Shown here piece by piece: positions 10,251-18,920 of a stretch of 64,000 nucleotides of DNA. Positions within the stretch are counted from its first letter, which is position 1, and every line of letters starts with the position of its first letter. The position numbers and the translations under genes were made by a program. This DNA is from an uncultured Anaerolineales bacterium (lineage in GTDB: Bacteria > Chloroflexota > Anaerolineae > Anaerolineales > UBA11858), in assembly GCA_964453155.1 (NCBI GenBank), contig CAYVQU010000007.1, positions 3,036-67,035 on the forward strand. The letters are read 5' to 3'. Below the pieces are notes generated by a model, which was given only the letters and a program-made list of their open reading frames with translations, was not told the origin of the DNA and made no database searches.

Positions 10251-11381
10251 GTGATGAGCCCTGAAAAGATCAAGGTCCTTTATCTCATTACCGAACTCTC
10301 AATCGGTGGTGCTCAAAAGGCACTATACCGGTTACTTAAATCCCTAGATCGTTCATCTTTCGATCCGGTGGTGGTGTGCCTCTACAACCGTACTGGCTTG
10401 GTGTCCAAACAAATTCAAGAGTTGGATATTGAAGTTATTGGACTAGAAATGAACGCCAAATGGCGCTGGGATGCCTTTTGGCGTCTTGGGAAAAATTTGT
10501 CCCAGTATAAACCAACTATTCTCCATACCTGGATGTTTCATGCCAACCTTCCTGGGCGGATTCTAGGCCAAATAGCCAGAATCCCTATCATAATTTCCTC
10601 AGAGCGAACGATGGGGCAAGAGGGATATCTGCGTCGTTTTCTAAATCGCTTGACCAGTGGCTTATCTGATGCAATCATTTGTGTGTCTGATAATGTCGCG
10701 ATTTATGCTGCCCAAAAAATTGGAATTTATGAAAAAAAAATATTCACAATTCCAAATGGAATAGATATTAGCGCATTTGAAGCATCTCCCACTCAGCAAA
10801 TAGCTCGAAAAAATAATAAACTTCCAGGAGAAAAAATAATCATAGGTGCAATCGGGCGGCCGCGGTGGGTCAAGGGTTTCGATGTGTTGATTTCTGCGGT
10901 GGCAAAAATAACTGAACTAAATATCCTACTTTTGTTCGTTGGAGATGGGCCAGATCAGTATAAACTCCGACAATTGGTAAAAAACATTGGTCAGTCTGAT
11001 CGAATTTTTTTCTGGGGAGATCAATCTGAGATTCAAGAGATACTACCAATTTTGGATATTTTGGTAAATTCTTCTTTTCACGAAGGTATGTCAAACATTA
11101 TTCTCGAAGCCATGGCTGCAGGACTTCCCGTAGTAGCCACCGCAGTTGGCGGCACGCCCGAAGTGGTTGTAGATGGCGAAACTGGATTGCTAGTGCCCCC
11201 TGGCGACCCTGATTCGTTGGCCGCAGCTTTGTTGAGATTAATTCAAGACAAAGATCTGCGCACCAAAATGGGGCTGGCTGGCCGGAAGCGTGTCCGAAAA
11301 TATTTCACAATTGAAGAAACTGTTCGGAAAACTGAAACGCTGTATTTCGAGTTGCTTCGGGAAAAAGGATTGATATCTTAA
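10251..11381 (+). CDS. Glycosyltransferase family 4
   Basis: YLITELSIGGAQK N-terminus. GAIGRPRWVKGFD, SSFHEGMSNIILEAMAAGLPVVATAVGGTPEVVVDGETGLLVPPGD. Confidence 0.8.
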   Translation: MMSPEKIKVLYLITELSIGGAQKALYRLLKSLDRSSFDPVVVCLYNRTGLVSKQIQELDIEVIGLEMNAKWRWDAFWRLGKNLSQYKPTILHTWMFHANLPGRILGQIARIPIIISSERTMGQEGYLRRFLNRLTSGLSDAIICVSDNVAIYAAQKIGIYEKKIFTIPNGIDISAFEASPTQQIARKNNKLPGEKIIIGAIGRPRWVKGFDVLISAVAKITELNILLLFVGDGPDQYKLRQLVKNIGQSDRIFFWGDQSEIQEILPILDILVNSSFHEGMSNIILEAMAAGLPVVATAVGGTPEVVVDGETGLLVPPGDPDSLAAALLRLIQDKDLRTKMGLAGRKRVRKYFTIEETVRKTETLYFELLREKGLIS

Positions 11382-11401
11382 TCCAGATTATGTGCTTGTA
11401 A

Positions 11402-12625
11402 ATGGCTGAGTTAGGAAGCTCGAATTCTTTTATTTTCGTTTCTGATCAACAGTGGTCGGTAGCAATTTTTGGTTTGAGTCTAACGCTAAGCTTATGTTTT
11501 TGTTTTATTATTTACCCGCGTTTTCTCGGTGACAATATTCGCCTTGACCCTGACGGCTATGGTGCTGCCGGACGGGTTATTTATGAAGAACAGCGCTTTA
11601 CCTCGACTTCTCAAGCCCCCTTCTATCCGGCCTTTATTGCCTCGGTATCGTTTTTAATCGGCGGTTATCGGGTTGATAGCATCCAAGTTGCCCAATGTAT
11701 TTTGTTGGCCATCACAGTTGTAATTATGGATCGGATATTTTTGAAAACGATAAAGAAAAGAGAAGCGCGTTGGGCCAGTCTAATCTGTGCTGTTTTTCCG
11801 CTCCTGATCTGGTATTCACCCCGTCTTTGGACGGAAGTATTTCTAATTTTTATGGTGGCGTGCTATTCATATGTGCTGATACGTTTTTTTCAGGGACCAA
11901 AATCTAGACTAGCGTTTTTTCTAGGAATTGTAGTCGCCTCAACGGCCTTGAGCAAAGGTATCGCTTTAACCTTCGTCATTGTCACACCGCTGGCAATGTT
12001 TCTGAAATATCGAAAATCGGGTTTGCGATGGATCATATTATTTCTCACTACGGCAATATTATGCTACACACCATGGATCCTCCGTAATTGGCAGCTTACA
12101 GGAGATATTTTGATGGCTCAATCTAATGCAGGCGCCAATATGCTCTTGGGGAACGGGTTTACCAGGAATTGGTTGCAATCTCCGTTTTCTTATGTTGCCC
12201 TAAAGTCAAAAACGATCGAGGACCATAAAATGATACTGGATAAGTATGCGCGGCCAGAAAACCCTGTAGTTTATGATAACTTTTTGATGAAAACTGCGCT
12301 GCATGAGTTTCAAGTTCAACCGACTCTGATCTTGCAAAAACTTGTTGTTCAGTCCCTCACGTATTGGTATCTGGCCGCTGATTCCTCTAAAAGCATCCTG
12401 ACAGGCAGCCTCCAGATTCCCTTTGTCATTTTGGCGATTTTTGGCGCGCTGGCAGCTTGGCGTCAAAAATCGGAGGCACTTTTGTTGCTCATTCCTATTG
12501 TAGGAATTATGGGAGGTAGTGTCCTGGTCTTTGCCTTCGCCCGGTTGGCTGTGCCGGTGATACCTTACATTATTGGATTAGCTGTTTTTGGAGTGGCATC
12601 ACTCAGGAGAAAAATGTTAGCATGA
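11402..12625 (+). CDS. Polytopic membrane glycosyltransferase-like protein (GT39/ArnT-PMT-like)
   Basis: 407 aa with about 10 hydrophobic spans. The N-terminal third (FYPAFIASVSFLIGGYRVDSIQVAQCILLAITVVIMDRIF ... PRLWTEVFLIF) resembles GT-C family 39/83 proteins. Confidence 0.5.
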   Translation: MAELGSSNSFIFVSDQQWSVAIFGLSLTLSLCFCFIIYPRFLGDNIRLDPDGYGAAGRVIYEEQRFTSTSQAPFYPAFIASVSFLIGGYRVDSIQVAQCILLAITVVIMDRIFLKTIKKREARWASLICAVFPLLIWYSPRLWTEVFLIFMVACYSYVLIRFFQGPKSRLAFFLGIVVASTALSKGIALTFVIVTPLAMFLKYRKSGLRWIILFLTTAILCYTPWILRNWQLTGDILMAQSNAGANMLLGNGFTRNWLQSPFSYVALKSKTIEDHKMILDKYARPENPVVYDNFLMKTALHEFQVQPTLILQKLVVQSLTYWYLAADSSKSILTGSLQIPFVILAIFGALAAWRQKSEALLLLIPIVGIMGGSVLVFAFARLAVPVIPYIIGLAVFGVASLRRKMLA

Positions 12626-13791
12626 ATCCAATTCGCGTCCTCCACCCCATCACCCGCCTCATCGTCGGTGGTGCTCAGGAAAACACCATGTATACTGCGG
12701 CGCGCCTGAACAAAACGCGATTTAAGGCCGAGATTATCTCTGGCCCCCAAACGGGCAGTGAGGGCAGTTTGATCGAAGCGGTCCATGATTTGGATGTTCC
12801 GCTTGAGATACTGCCTGAGTTGGTCCGGGAGATCAGCCCAATCAATGAAATCGTCGCCCTATGGAAATTGGTTGTTCGAATGAGGCGCGGAAATTATGCC
12901 ATTGTGCACACCCACAGTTCCAAGGCCGGAATTTTGGGGCGAATCGCGGCCAAGATAGCTCGTGTGCCCATCATCGTGCATACGGTTCACGGCTGGAGTT
13001 TTCACAACCGGATGAATCCGATTTTGCGGCGGTTCTATATTTTTCTGGAAAAATTGTGTGTCAGATTTACTGCAGCGATGATTGTGGTCTCCGATCAAGA
13101 TCTGGATAAGGGTTTGCAGGCTGGGATTGGGCAAGCCAAACAGTATCATCTGATTCGTAGTGCAATTCCATTGGATGAATTCGATCTGATCCGCACCAAT
13201 AAAGCCAAGATCAAATCTGAGTTAGGATTACCTCCCAACGCTCCGATTTTGGGGAATGTGGGGCGGTTCTCGCCTCAGAAAAACCCTCTCGATTGGTTGC
13301 GTGTAGTCAGAATCGTAGCGGATCAAATTCCAGCTTGCCGGTTTTTACTGGTAGGAGATGGCCCCATGCGCTCGGAGGTCGAAGGGTTAATCTCTGAGTT
13401 CGGGCTAACGGATCGCTGTGTGCTGACTGGTTTACGGCGCGATGTTCCGCAACTGATGGCTGCCATGGATGTGTTTTTACTCACATCCCTCTGGGAGGGG
13501 CTGCCGCGGGTGATCCCCCAAGCAATGTCGCTGGGCCTCCCGGTCATTGCCAATCGTGCGGATGGAACCGTTGAAGCCATCGAATCGGGGGTTACCGGTT
13601 ACCTTTGCGACCCTGGTAGTTATGGAGAAATGGCATCATATTGTGTTGATTTATTATGCTACCCTGAAAAACGCCAGCAAATGGGTGCCCGCGGCATGGC
13701 GTTTGCTAAACAGGAATTCGACCTTGATGTTATGATTGCGCAGATTGAAACACTTTATGATGATTTACTAGACCAAAAAGGGATCAAATGA
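12622..13791 (+). CDS. Glycosyltransferase family 4
   Basis: ATGA overlap with the upstream gene. LGNVGRFSPQKNP, LLTSLWEGLPRVIPQAMSLGLPVIANRADGTVEAIESGVTGYL. Confidence 0.8.
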   Translation: MNPIRVLHPITRLIVGGAQENTMYTAARLNKTRFKAEIISGPQTGSEGSLIEAVHDLDVPLEILPELVREISPINEIVALWKLVVRMRRGNYAIVHTHSSKAGILGRIAAKIARVPIIVHTVHGWSFHNRMNPILRRFYIFLEKLCVRFTAAMIVVSDQDLDKGLQAGIGQAKQYHLIRSAIPLDEFDLIRTNKAKIKSELGLPPNAPILGNVGRFSPQKNPLDWLRVVRIVADQIPACRFLLVGDGPMRSEVEGLISEFGLTDRCVLTGLRRDVPQLMAAMDVFLLTSLWEGLPRVIPQAMSLGLPVIANRADGTVEAIESGVTGYLCDPGSYGEMASYCVDLLCYPEKRQQMGARGMAFAKQEFDLDVMIAQIETLYDDLLDQKGIK

Positions 13792-14804
13792 CAACGAAAT
13801 TTTCAGCGAACAACGACAGACAGCATTATCTCATCACGGGTGGGGCCGGTTTCATCGGCAGTCATTTAGCTGAAACACTGCTGCAAGCGGGTCATTTTGT
13901 GACCATTATCGACGATCTTTCGACGGGAAGATCCGAGAATATCACTCATTTAACCACCCACCCAAATTTCCGGTTTGCAATCGATACGATTACGAATGAA
14001 GTTGTCATGGATCGCCTGGTCAGCGAGTGTGATATTTTGGTCCATTTGGCTGCCGCCGTGGGAGTGCGGTTGATTGTTGAAAAACCCGTACATACAATTG
14101 AAACCAACGTTATGGGTACTGAAGCGGTCTTGCAGGCTGCTCGGCGGTATCAAGTTAAAGTTCTGATGGCTTCAACCTCGGAAGTATACGGCAAAGGGAA
14201 TGCGGTGCCATTCAAGGAAGGCGATGATGTTGTTTTGGGGCCAACGACCCGCAGCCGCTGGTCGTATGCCGCCACCAAAATGGTCGATGAGTTCTTAAGC
14301 CTGGCCTATTTTGCCGAACACCAGCTTCCCGTGGTCATTTTTCGGCTGTTTAATACTGTGGGTCCCCGGCAAATTGGCCGCTATGGGATGGTAATACCCC
14401 GCTTTATTCAACAAGCCCTGGCTGGCGAACCAATCTCCGTTTATTCGGATGGGCGTCAAACGCGCTGCTTCATGCATGTGCAAGACACCGTTGCCGCGTT
14501 GGTCTCCTTGGCAAATTCAGATGCTGCAGTTGGACGGGTTTTTAATGTTGGGGCGACGACTGAGATCACAATCTTGGATTTGGCGCGAACGGTATTGGCC
14601 GTTTTAGATGACACCTCCGAGCTGCCCCCTCATGATGATCCTCGCATTGAATTTATCCCTTACGAAGCCGCCTACGCCGCTGGATTTGAGGACATGCGTC
14701 GGCGGGTACCCGATACAACCAAAATTCGGGAACTCACCGGCTGGCAGCCCCAACACAATTTACGTTCAATCCTCCAAGACGTAATCGCCGATATCCAAGC
14801 CTAA
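13788..14804 (+). CDS. NAD-dependent nucleotide-sugar epimerase/dehydratase (extended SDR)
   Basis: ITGGAGFIGSHL Rossmann motif, STSEVYG, YAATK catalytic YxxxK. ATGA overlap with the upstream gene. Last gene of the glycan operon. Confidence 0.8.
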   Translation: MTTKFSANNDRQHYLITGGAGFIGSHLAETLLQAGHFVTIIDDLSTGRSENITHLTTHPNFRFAIDTITNEVVMDRLVSECDILVHLAAAVGVRLIVEKPVHTIETNVMGTEAVLQAARRYQVKVLMASTSEVYGKGNAVPFKEGDDVVLGPTTRSRWSYAATKMVDEFLSLAYFAEHQLPVVIFRLFNTVGPRQIGRYGMVIPRFIQQALAGEPISVYSDGRQTRCFMHVQDTVAALVSLANSDAAVGRVFNVGATTEITILDLARTVLAVLDDTSELPPHDDPRIEFIPYEAAYAAGFEDMRRRVPDTTKIRELTGWQPQHNLRSILQDVIADIQA

Positions 14805-14817
14805 GATAAATTTCAAT

Positions 14818-14848
14818 ACAGAATGGCCCCCATCGGAGGCTATTCTGT
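14818..14848. terminator. Hairpin between convergent genes (possible bidirectional terminator)
   Basis: ACAGAATGGCC / GGCTATTCTGT arms (one G-U position) with a 9-nt loop, 14 nt after the epimerase stop. A second palindrome GTGAACGGC-gcc-GCCGTTCAC at 14853..14873 overlaps the stop of the minus-strand gene. No clear U-tract. Confidence 0.4.
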
Positions 14849-14869
14849 TAAAGTGAACGGCGCCGCCGT

Positions 14870-15778
14870 TCACTCATAGTGCCGCGCAATCTCAGATGCG
14901 TATTGCACTCCAATAATCTCCCGATTTTCTTGCAGCCATTCTGAGAGTTTTTTATCGCCCCGCGGGGGATGTGCTGAAATCAGTAAATCAGTCTTCAAAC
15001 CTTTGACTTCATCGCTCGTTAGAATCACATCGTTGACGAAAAACCCAATGATTCGGGATAAGAATAGGGCCAACCCGGGGGGGAGATTCACCAGGATTGA
15101 CCGGCTGCCCACCGTAAATCGCAGCAGTTTCACCAACTCTTGGAAAGAAAAGGTTTCGGGACCAACCGCGTCCCAGAAGAAATTTTCATCCATCTGGCTG
15201 GCTTGGATGGCTAAATCAGCCATTTCTTCGACAAAAATTGGCTGCAAGCGATATTTCCCATCACCAGGAATGGCAAAAAATGGGAATTTTCGCAGCAAAT
15301 AGGCAATATTGTTGATTAAAATGTCTTCTTTCCCAAAAATTACCGTTGGCCGCAGAATGGCATATGATAATCCTGAGTCTTGGAGATATTGCTCCAGGGT
15401 TGCTTTTCCACTGAAATAGGGCAGCGGTGAATCCACTGCTGGGTTGCTGATGCTGACATGGATAAAGCGCCGCACCCCGGCCTTTTTGGCAGCATTGATC
15501 AGCTTTTTCGTGTTCTGGACGGCCTTAGTGAAGGTTTTGTCCCCGTGATCAAAGCGAACCCAATACGTGTTGATGAATACTTCAACACCCGTTAATGATG
15601 CTGCTAGAGCATTCAGATCGTCAAAATTAAATGGCTGAACTTGAATTTGGTCGCCAAATGGGTTGGCGCGGTTTGGATTTCCAGTGAGTGTTATTACAGT
15701 GTGTCCTTGGGTTAATAGTTTTTTTGCGATGTATTTGCCGGTATAGCCAAAGGCCCCGGTTATTGCGTAGGTGGTCAT
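14870..15778 (-). CDS. NAD(P)H-binding SDR / NmrA-like oxidoreductase
   Basis: Start moved to internal ATG 15778 (MTTYAITGAFGYTGKYIAKKLL, Rossmann GxxGxxG), which is preceded by GGAG. The longer track ORF adds 20 non-conserved residues. Confidence 0.7.
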   Translation of the reverse strand: MTTYAITGAFGYTGKYIAKKLLTQGHTVITLTGNPNRANPFGDQIQVQPFNFDDLNALAASLTGVEVFINTYWVRFDHGDKTFTKAVQNTKKLINAAKKAGVRRFIHVSISNPAVDSPLPYFSGKATLEQYLQDSGLSYAILRPTVIFGKEDILINNIAYLLRKFPFFAIPGDGKYRLQPIFVEEMADLAIQASQMDENFFWDAVGPETFSFQELVKLLRFTVGSRSILVNLPPGLALFLSRIIGFFVNDVILTSDEVKGLKTDLLISAHPPRGDKKLSEWLQENREIIGVQYASEIARHYE

Positions 15779-15857
15779 AATTTTCTCCTGTACCGATAAT
15801 TTGAGTTCAACTTTCTGTTGGTGATTACAACTAATCAAGAATACTTTTGGTTTTTCT

Positions 15858-16400
15858 TCATTCTTGACTGGAGTTTGAAAACAACTTTCCCAGTGAAGTG
15901 ATGCGTAATTCTTCTAAAGCCAGTAGGGTAGCGACGATATTATCGATGGTGTTGAAAAAGTTACTCATCGCTTGCAATCGTTCTTGATATACGGTCGCGA
16001 TTTCAGTATCTTCGGCTGACATTTCTAGGGAAGAAACCATCTCCAGGCTGGCGTTGACGGTTTTTAAGGCCGCGTCAAATTCAGATTTTTCTCGTTCTTG
16101 CAAAATCCCTTTGATTATTTTCCAAAAGTCCGTTTCGGGGCGGTAATAATCTTTGCGGTCCCCGATTACCAGATGCTTGTGAATCATCCCCAGACGTTCA
16201 AGCTGGCGGACATTGGTACTGACAGCCCCTTTTGTCACGCCCACCTGTTCAACCAGATCCGCTAGAGAGAGCGGAGTGGGTGAAAGATATATCGCGCCAT
16301 ATATTGCGCCCATGGCCTTGGGAAAACCCCAAAAATGGGCAATTTGACTGGTGCCTTGAATGAAAGTTTCGCGAGCTGAAATTAAATTTTGATTGGTCAT
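15858..16400 (-). CDS. GbsR/MarR-family winged-helix transcriptional regulator
   Basis: FWGFPKAMGAIYGAIYLSPTPLSLADLVEQVGVTKGAVSTNVRQLERLGMIHK matches my memory of the GbsR-type HTH. Lies 79 bp upstream of the SDR gene on the same strand. Confidence 0.65.
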   Translation of the reverse strand: MTNQNLISARETFIQGTSQIAHFWGFPKAMGAIYGAIYLSPTPLSLADLVEQVGVTKGAVSTNVRQLERLGMIHKHLVIGDRKDYYRPETDFWKIIKGILQEREKSEFDAALKTVNASLEMVSSLEMSAEDTEIATVYQERLQAMSNFFNTIDNIVATLLALEELRITSLGKLFSNSSQE

Positions 16401-16425
16401 TATTGTGCTCTTCTTGTGGTTATTT

Positions 16426-16449
16426 CTAAACGTTTAGTAGTTACTAAAC
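16426..16449. promoter_or_regulatory. Candidate operator: overlapping palindromes built from CTAAAC/GTTTAG half-sites
   Basis: CTAAACGTTTAG is a perfect 12-bp palindrome (16426..16437). It overlaps GTTTAGTA-gt-TACTAAAC (16432..16449). The site lies 26 bp upstream of the GbsR-like gene start, in the divergent region shared with the EamA gene. Confidence 0.4.
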
Positions 16450-16542
16450 AAAGTATACAGTAATTCTTGAGTTTGTCAAGCCCAGCTATTTTCAAACAAA
16501 TCTCAAGTCCCCATTCGCTAACTCCGAGCTATAATTCTCAGC

Positions 16543-17403
16543 ATGGATTGGATTGGACTGATTGCCGGAATTGTCGCGGCCGCCTTATGGGGCGGGATGT
16601 ATGTCGTTAGCAAGGTTGTATTAGACGTTATCCCACCATTTGCACTGTTGACTTCTCGCTTAGTTTTGGGGACCTTAACTTTATTGCCATTTACCTGGCG
16701 GGTCGGATTACAAATGACCCGCAAACAACTCGGACAAGTGTTAGGTGTGGGGTTAATCGGGTATGGAATTTCTTTGGGTTTTCAGTTTGTCGGAACAAAG
16801 CTATCGACTGCGGCCAATGGTGCGCTGGTGACGTCTGCGACCCCCGCGTTTGTACTCATCTTTGCCGCCTGGATCTTGGGTGAACGAATTTCTACCGGGC
16901 GCTTGAGTGCGTTAGGGCTGGCAACTTTGGGCGTTATTATTGTGCTAGATCCCCGTAATGCCAGGCTGTCCCCCGATTTGTTTTGGGGAAATCTGAGTTT
17001 GATCGCGGCGGCCCTTACCTGGGCGCTGTATTCGGTTTTGGTCCGGAAGGTGACGCGGGGGTTGGCAGTTTTACCCGTCAGCCTGGTTGTTTTTCTTGGC
17101 GGGTTACCCCTCACGATCCCCGCTGGCATCTTTGAGATTCAGGCGAATGGTGTCGGAACGATCGATGGTGGTGTGATCTTAGGCGTTCTCTATCTGGGGA
17201 TAATATCAACCGGCTTAGCCATGTATCTCTGGAATCTAGCTTTTGCCCGTCTAGAAGCGGGCGTTGCCTCCCTGACATTTTTCGCCCAACCGGTGGTTGG
17301 GGCCGGATTAGGCGCACTCTTGCTTAGTGAAAAACTAACCCCGCTGTTTTTTATCGGCGGGGTTTTAATTGGTTTGGGCGTGTTGGTAGCGGCCAGGGAG
17401 TAG
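16543..17403 (+). CDS. DMT-superfamily (EamA-like) transporter
   Basis: 286 aa with 10 hydrophobic spans in two repeated halves. VVSKVVLDVIPPFALLTSRLVLG and AMYLWNLAFARLEAGVASLTFFAQPVVGA are typical EamA patterns. Confidence 0.75.
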   Translation: MDWIGLIAGIVAAALWGGMYVVSKVVLDVIPPFALLTSRLVLGTLTLLPFTWRVGLQMTRKQLGQVLGVGLIGYGISLGFQFVGTKLSTAANGALVTSATPAFVLIFAAWILGERISTGRLSALGLATLGVIIVLDPRNARLSPDLFWGNLSLIAAALTWALYSVLVRKVTRGLAVLPVSLVVFLGGLPLTIPAGIFEIQANGVGTIDGGVILGVLYLGIISTGLAMYLWNLAFARLEAGVASLTFFAQPVVGAGLGALLLSEKLTPLFFIGGVLIGLGVLVAARE

Positions 17404-17424
17404 GTGACTGTCACCTATTGTCGT

Positions 17425-18861
17425 TCATCTCTGCCCAATCGTATGTAATAGCGCAAAATTCGCCGATCGCATGGCCCCAATGGGGAAGCCGGCGATCAGG
17501 ACAACCTCCTGCCCGGGTTGGAGCGAGGTTGAAGAGATTATCGCCGCCTCAACGTGGGTCAGCATCACTTCAACCGTCTCGGCATGGGGCACCAGGACAG
17601 GGATTACACCCCACAGCAGGCCCATTCGGTGGTAGGTCCGTTTTTCAGGCGTAAAAGCCAATATGGGGACCTCTGGACGGCCCTTGGACATCATCCGGGC
17701 AGTCCGGCCACTGGAGGTGAACACCGCGATCGCCTCCACATCCCGGTCGTGGGCCAGTTCGCTGGCAGCCCGCGTAATGAAGAGGGCATCATCGTGGGGG
17801 ACATCATCACTAAGTTTGGTTTCGCCCGGACCCCATTCTGAAATGTGTTCCTCCGCCTGGCAGACGATGGCATCCATCATTTTTACAGTTTGGACTGGAT
17901 ATTTACCGACCGCGGTTTCGCCGGAGAGCATCACAGCATCACTGCCGTCAAAGATGGCGTTCGCCACATCGGAGGCTTCGGCGCGGGTTGGGCGGGGGTT
18001 GTTAATCATCGAATCCAGCATTTGGGTCGCGGTGATGACGATTTTTGTGTGCCGATTGGCAATATGGATGATCTCTTTTTGGGCGATCGGCACCGCCTCA
18101 GGGGACATTTCCACTCCGAGATCGCCGCGGGCCACCATAACGCCATCGGCGGCATGAATCAACTCGTGCAGATTTTCTAACGCTTCGGGTAGTTCTATTT
18201 TAGCAATGATCGGTGTGGCCGCTTTGTCAGGGGCTATGCAGGCGATTTCTTGTCGCAAACGGGCCACATCTTTAGCAGAGCGGACGAAAGACAGGGCAAT
18301 TACATCCACATCTTGTTCCAGTCCAAAGGCTAAGTCAGCCCGATCTTTTTCTGTGAAGGCTAGGATGTTGAGATTGGAACCAGGCAAATTAACGCCTTTG
18401 CGAGACTTTAGAATTCCTCCCACGATTACCTTGGTGTCCACAAAATCGGGTCCGACGAAGGTTACCTTCATTTCGAGATTGCCATCGTCCATCAGGATAC
18501 GGCCGCCCGGTTGAACACATGAGGGTAGATCAACATAATCTACGGCCACACATTCTGCATTTCCAGGCGTACTTCTGGTTGTTATTCTGAGATCTTGACC
18601 AGCGACAATTTCAACCCCGCCATCTTCGATTTGTCCCGTTCGAATTTTAGGCCCTTGTAAATCTTGCAAAATTGCAACGGGTTGATCAAGTTGATCTGCA
18701 ATCCGGCGGATGCTTTCGATTGCAGTAGCATGATCCGCATGGGCACCATGCGAAAAGTTGATCCGGGCCACATTCATCCCAGCCAAAATTAACTGCCGGA
18801 TGGTTTGCTCATCCTGGCTGGCTGGTCCAATGGTGGCGACAATTTTAGCCCGACGGTTCAT
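17425..18861 (-). CDS. pyk: Pyruvate kinase
   Basis: MNRRAKIVATIGPAS, MNVARINFSHG, GPKIRTG, IIAKIE, MVARGDLGVE and MLSGETAVGKYP are all canonical pyruvate kinase motifs. 478 aa. Confidence 0.92.
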   Translation of the reverse strand: MNRRAKIVATIGPASQDEQTIRQLILAGMNVARINFSHGAHADHATAIESIRRIADQLDQPVAILQDLQGPKIRTGQIEDGGVEIVAGQDLRITTRSTPGNAECVAVDYVDLPSCVQPGGRILMDDGNLEMKVTFVGPDFVDTKVIVGGILKSRKGVNLPGSNLNILAFTEKDRADLAFGLEQDVDVIALSFVRSAKDVARLRQEIACIAPDKAATPIIAKIELPEALENLHELIHAADGVMVARGDLGVEMSPEAVPIAQKEIIHIANRHTKIVITATQMLDSMINNPRPTRAEASDVANAIFDGSDAVMLSGETAVGKYPVQTVKMMDAIVCQAEEHISEWGPGETKLSDDVPHDDALFITRAASELAHDRDVEAIAVFTSSGRTARMMSKGRPEVPILAFTPEKRTYHRMGLLWGVIPVLVPHAETVEVMLTHVEAAIISSTSLQPGQEVVLIAGFPIGAMRSANFALLHTIGQR

Positions 18862-18882
18862 ACGCTTGCCCTCCGCAATACC

Positions 18883-18913
18883 GTTGGAACGTTAAAAGTG
18901 TTAACGTTCCAAC
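18883..18913 (-). promoter_or_regulatory. Perfect intercistronic hairpin between the CoA-transferase and pyk genes
   Basis: GTTGGAACGTTAA / TTAACGTTCCAAC form a 13-bp perfect stem with a 5-nt loop. On the minus strand it is followed by GGTATTGCGGAGGGCAAGCGT-ATG(pyk), with no U-tract. It could be a processing or stability element or a weak terminator. Confidence 0.5.
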
Positions 18914-18920
18914 CTTTATC

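Noticed and set aside
15779-15838. Longer upstream starts offered by the track for the SDR gene, and similarly for ald (21311..21337), argF (22491..22520) and the hybrid kinase (25837..25872)
   Set aside because: In each case an internal ATG is preceded by a GGAG-type RBS or forms a TAATG coupling. It also begins exactly at the conserved N-terminus of the family.
16530-16543. TATAAT hexamer 7 nt upstream of the EamA start codon, considered as a leaderless-mRNA promoter
   Set aside because: No convincing -35 element lies at the right spacing, and a single hexamer match in AT-containing DNA is weak evidence. I therefore did not call it as a feature.
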